A stretch of DNA of 20,068 nt from Promethearchaeota archaeon (GTDB lineage Archaea; Asgardarchaeota; Lokiarchaeia; Sigyniarchaeales; SOKP01). The position numbers and the translations under genes are program-made. The notes under the pieces were generated by a model. The model did no database searches. It had not been told where the DNA came from and was given only the letters and a program-made list of their open reading frames with translations. The DNA lies in assembly GCA_008080735.1 (NCBI GenBank), contig SHMW01000026.1, forward strand, positions 1 through 20,068. Direction: 5' to 3'. How positions within the stretch are numbered: position 1 is the stretch's first letter; each line of letters opens with the position of its first letter. Below, one piece after another: positions 17,193-20,068 of the stretch.

Positions 17193-18713
17193 ATGAATAA
17201 GCAAATAATATCTGAACTGAAAAACGAATTGTATAATTCATTATTTGAAAGTTTTCCAGATTTGATATTCCTTATAGATTCAAAAGGAAGGATTCTTGAT
17301 ATTTCTAAAAGTGTCCTTGATCATGGAGCACTTAGGAAAAATAATATAATCGATAAATTAATTTTCAATTTCATTCACCCTAGTCAAATAAATTCAGTTA
17401 GAGAAAGTTTCAATGCGTTATTGAATGACGGAAAACTGGAAAAAAAAGAATACAAATTAAAAAGATTAGATGGCTCGTATTATTCCGCTGAAATAAGTGC
17501 GATTTCAATTGAAAAACACAATTCACAGTATATTTTAGCTGTTATAAGGGATATATCCGAAAAAAAGAAGGCAAGAAATCAATTAAAAAATAAAAAGGAA
17601 ATGTTTCAGCTTGTCATCGACAACATCCCGCAATATATTTACTGGAAGGATAAGGACTCTATATATAAAGGCTGTAATGAAAACTTTGCGCGGGTGGCGG
17701 GCGTACAAGAACCTGAGTATATTATCGGAAAAACAGACTATGATTTGGCCTGGAAACGTTCAGAGGCTGACACTTTTTATGAGATTGATCATCTTGTAAT
17801 GGAATTGGATAAACCTGAATATCATGTAATCGAGCCACAAATGCAAGCAAACGGAAAACAAGCGTGGAGAGATACTAACAGAATACCCCTTCACGATGGA
17901 AATGGAAAGGTTATCGGTGTTTTAGGCACCTATGAAGATATCACAGAGCGAATCCGGGCAGAGAGGGCCCTAAGTGATTCAAAAAAAAAATATGAAAAAG
18001 CATTTAACCGAGCGGAGTTTTATAAGGATATTTTTGCCCATGATATAAGCAATATCCTCCAAAGTATATTATCTTCTATAGAATTGTGTCAGGTATATCT
18101 GAATAAATCAGAAGATAAGAATAAGGACACTGATGAATTGAAAATGCTTTTGAAAATCGTAAATGAACAAATAGACCGCGGAAATCTTTTAATCAGTAAT
18201 ATCAAAAAATTATCATTATTAGAAAAAAGTCCGAATATCAAAACTACCGAGAATCTTCAACTATTACTAAAAAATTGCGTTCAGAAGATTTTAGAAGAAA
18301 ATTCAGATAAACGGATTGAGTTAGATCTAAATCAAGCAGAAAGTAATCCACTATTTGTACGTGGAAATAAATATTTAGACGACGCATTTTATAATATTTT
18401 AAAAAATTCTATCGAACATAACAATAATCAGAAAATTCAAATCAAAATAAGTGTGTCTGAGGTTACAAAGGCTCGTCAAGCTTACATTAAGATCGAAATC
18501 ATTGATAACGGCAAGGGAATACCGAATAAGCAAAAAGATGCAATTTTAGGGAACTTACGAGAAAAGTCTCAAGTTTCAAATAGGATAGGTTTGGGCTTAT
18601 TATTTGTGGAAAAGATTATTGCGCTATGTGGAGGAGAAATTACAATTAGAGATAAAATTGAAGGAGCTCATTCTAAAGGGACAAATTTTACAGTAATTCT
18701 TCCTAAAGAATAA
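17193..18713 (+). CDS. Cytoplasmic PAS-PAS sensor histidine kinase
   Basis: Two PAS/PAC repeats (FPDLIFLID...IRDISEKK; IPQYIYWKD...GKTDYDL...EDITER), H-box FAHDISN, N-box NILKNSIEH, G1 DNGKGI, G2 GLGL. No TM segments. Confidence 0.93.
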   Translation: MNKQIISELKNELYNSLFESFPDLIFLIDSKGRILDISKSVLDHGALRKNNIIDKLIFNFIHPSQINSVRESFNALLNDGKLEKKEYKLKRLDGSYYSAEISAISIEKHNSQYILAVIRDISEKKKARNQLKNKKEMFQLVIDNIPQYIYWKDKDSIYKGCNENFARVAGVQEPEYIIGKTDYDLAWKRSEADTFYEIDHLVMELDKPEYHVIEPQMQANGKQAWRDTNRIPLHDGNGKVIGVLGTYEDITERIRAERALSDSKKKYEKAFNRAEFYKDIFAHDISNILQSILSSIELCQVYLNKSEDKNKDTDELKMLLKIVNEQIDRGNLLISNIKKLSLLEKSPNIKTTENLQLLLKNCVQKILEENSDKRIELDLNQAESNPLFVRGNKYLDDAFYNILKNSIEHNNNQKIQIKISVSEVTKARQAYIKIEIIDNGKGIPNKQKDAILGNLREKSQVSNRIGLGLLFVEKIIALCGGEITIRDKIEGAHSKGTNFTVILPKE

Positions 18714-18759
18714 AAAAACAAATAGATATAATAAAAAATTAGATTAAATAAAATCAGTT

Positions 18760-19713
18760 CTAAAAATTAGAGTACGTGATAAACTTCTTGTCAGAACCAA
18801 GTGAATATATCTCAAATGATTTACCTTTCTTAGTCTCACACATCATCTGAATCATCGGGAAAAGATGGATTTTGGTCACTAGCTTATAATCATCATCTTT
18901 CTCATAATTCTTGTAGTCTTTCCCAGCAGAACTTATTGTTTTTTTGATGTTTTTATTATAATAGCCTAGTGAAGGTTCGGCTTTCTTATCGAGCGATTTA
19001 AAGTCATCAAATCTGATACCCTCAACTTCATCAATTAGTTTATGAAGATCTTCTCCCATCTCTTTTTCATACTTCGTTTTCGCACTACTATGTAATACGG
19101 GCATACCACTAACGACTCGTTTAAATGGGACTGCTTTAATTTCGTATGTATATAAGTTTTTATGCCCATTGCATTCTTTGCATAAATCTTTGGTCTTTCC
19201 CGATCCATAGCAATTTCCACAAGGATATTCAAACACCTTTTTATCTTTATTCATCTCTTCTCCTTCAAGAACCAATAATTTATCAGAAATCTTCCCATTT
19301 CCACCACAGCTACTGCATTTATCTTCGATATATCCCTTACCTTTGCATTTCGGGCATGGCTTTGCTTTGATTGAGTTATACATCGGCACAATCTCGTCCC
19401 CATCCCATTCATCCTTATTTACTTCGTTCTTGAAAATAAAATAGGTTTCTTTGCTTACCTTATCTGCCCGTACGGTCTCTTCTTCTTCCTTCCCCTTTGC
19501 GGGAGCCACGGTTTTCTGGACTGCGTAATAGATCGCGGCCTCCTTCATCGTATCTTTTACAGTCTCTGCCGCAGAAATTACATCTAAAGAAAATACCGCG
19601 CCTTTAGTTCCAAATTGCTTCTCAAGCTTCTTTTTATCTTTTCTGTAAGCAGTTTGCTTCCACTTCTCGAAAATATCATCCAAATTAGGGGTCTTGATGG
19701 TTACATCTGGCAT
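18760..19713 (-). CDS. DnaJ-type cysteine-rich zinc-finger protein lacking a J-domain (possibly SSUH2-like)
   Basis: Four CxxCxGx(G) units: CPKCKGKG, CSSCGGNG, CGNCYGSG, CKECNGHK. No HPD motif. SD-like AGGAG upstream at 19726-19730. Confidence 0.75.
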   Translation of the reverse strand: MPDVTIKTPNLDDIFEKWKQTAYRKDKKKLEKQFGTKGAVFSLDVISAAETVKDTMKEAAIYYAVQKTVAPAKGKEEEETVRADKVSKETYFIFKNEVNKDEWDGDEIVPMYNSIKAKPCPKCKGKGYIEDKCSSCGGNGKISDKLLVLEGEEMNKDKKVFEYPCGNCYGSGKTKDLCKECNGHKNLYTYEIKAVPFKRVVSGMPVLHSSAKTKYEKEMGEDLHKLIDEVEGIRFDDFKSLDKKAEPSLGYYNKNIKKTISSAGKDYKNYEKDDDYKLVTKIHLFPMIQMMCETKKGKSFEIYSLGSDKKFITYSNF

Positions 19714-20068
19714 TTTTACAATTCTCTCCTTTTATTATTAAAAATTGGTTTTTTCCAATTAAATTGAATTTACTATTTAGTTATAGATATAGGTAATAGA
19801 AATCATATAAAAAATTTTTGTCAAGCTCATCATCAAAATTCATTTGAATTAAATGAAGTTAAATTAACTGGTAAAAGTCATAAAGAATTAATATTTAAAT
19901 TCTGCTCTTACTTCATAAACAAATCCTGTTTTTTTAAATCAAAAGTTCAATATTTATAAAGGTTCGTAACAGTTCAATCATCGTGGAATTTTCCATTCAA
20001 ATAGAGAGAGAATTTATTAAGAATAAATTTTATAAAAATATTAAGAAAAAATTATTAAGGTAAAATAA

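Noticed and set aside
2234-19370. Short alternative-frame or antisense ORFs (2234-2419, 5374-5598, 6166-6357, 6257-6442, 9001-9255, 10207-10395, 13411-13734, 13492-13692, 15711-15899, 17611-17799, 19035-19232, 19146-19370)
   Set aside because: All are nested in longer, better-supported genes and have no recognisable motifs; they are shadow ORFs.
18760-19713. Annotation as dnaJ
   Set aside because: No J-domain or HPD motif and no G/F-rich region; only the zinc repeats are shared.
19768-19960. Stop-free plus-strand frame of about 60 codons in the terminal intergenic region
   Set aside because: No standard start codon and no recognisable protein features.

Overview
AT-rich, gene-dense prokaryotic window with 18 plausible CDSs. 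I saw no rRNA, tRNA, CRISPR array or mobile element. TATA/BRE-like promoters, oligo-T tracts after genes, and the style of the PAS histidine kinase and small 7TM proteins suggest an archaeon, possibly Asgard/Lokiarchaeia-like (inference). Gene order: degenerate amidohydrolase-YjbQ fusion, orphan membrane sensor, metallophosphoesterase, PfkB sugar kinase, degenerate PAP2 protein, amidohydrolase, flavin reductase-like protein, ZIP transporter, SAM-methyltransferase/ATP-grasp (Ddl-like) fusion, threonine synthase-wHTH fusion, ECF S component, Fpg/Nei glycosylase, a tandemly duplicated [91-aa protein + 7TM protein] cassette, a PAS-PAS histidine kinase, and a CxxCxGxG zinc-finger protein with no J-domain. 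Three leads stand out: (1) a PLP enzyme fused to a winged HTH, next to an ECF S component that carries a perfect 22-bp palindrome between its TATA box and start codon, a candidate metabolite-sensing enzyme-repressor circuit; (2) a duplicated N-out/C-in 7TM receptor-like protein with a small soluble partner, upstream of a kinase with no membrane anchor; (3) a possible archaeal homolog of eukaryotic SSUH2.
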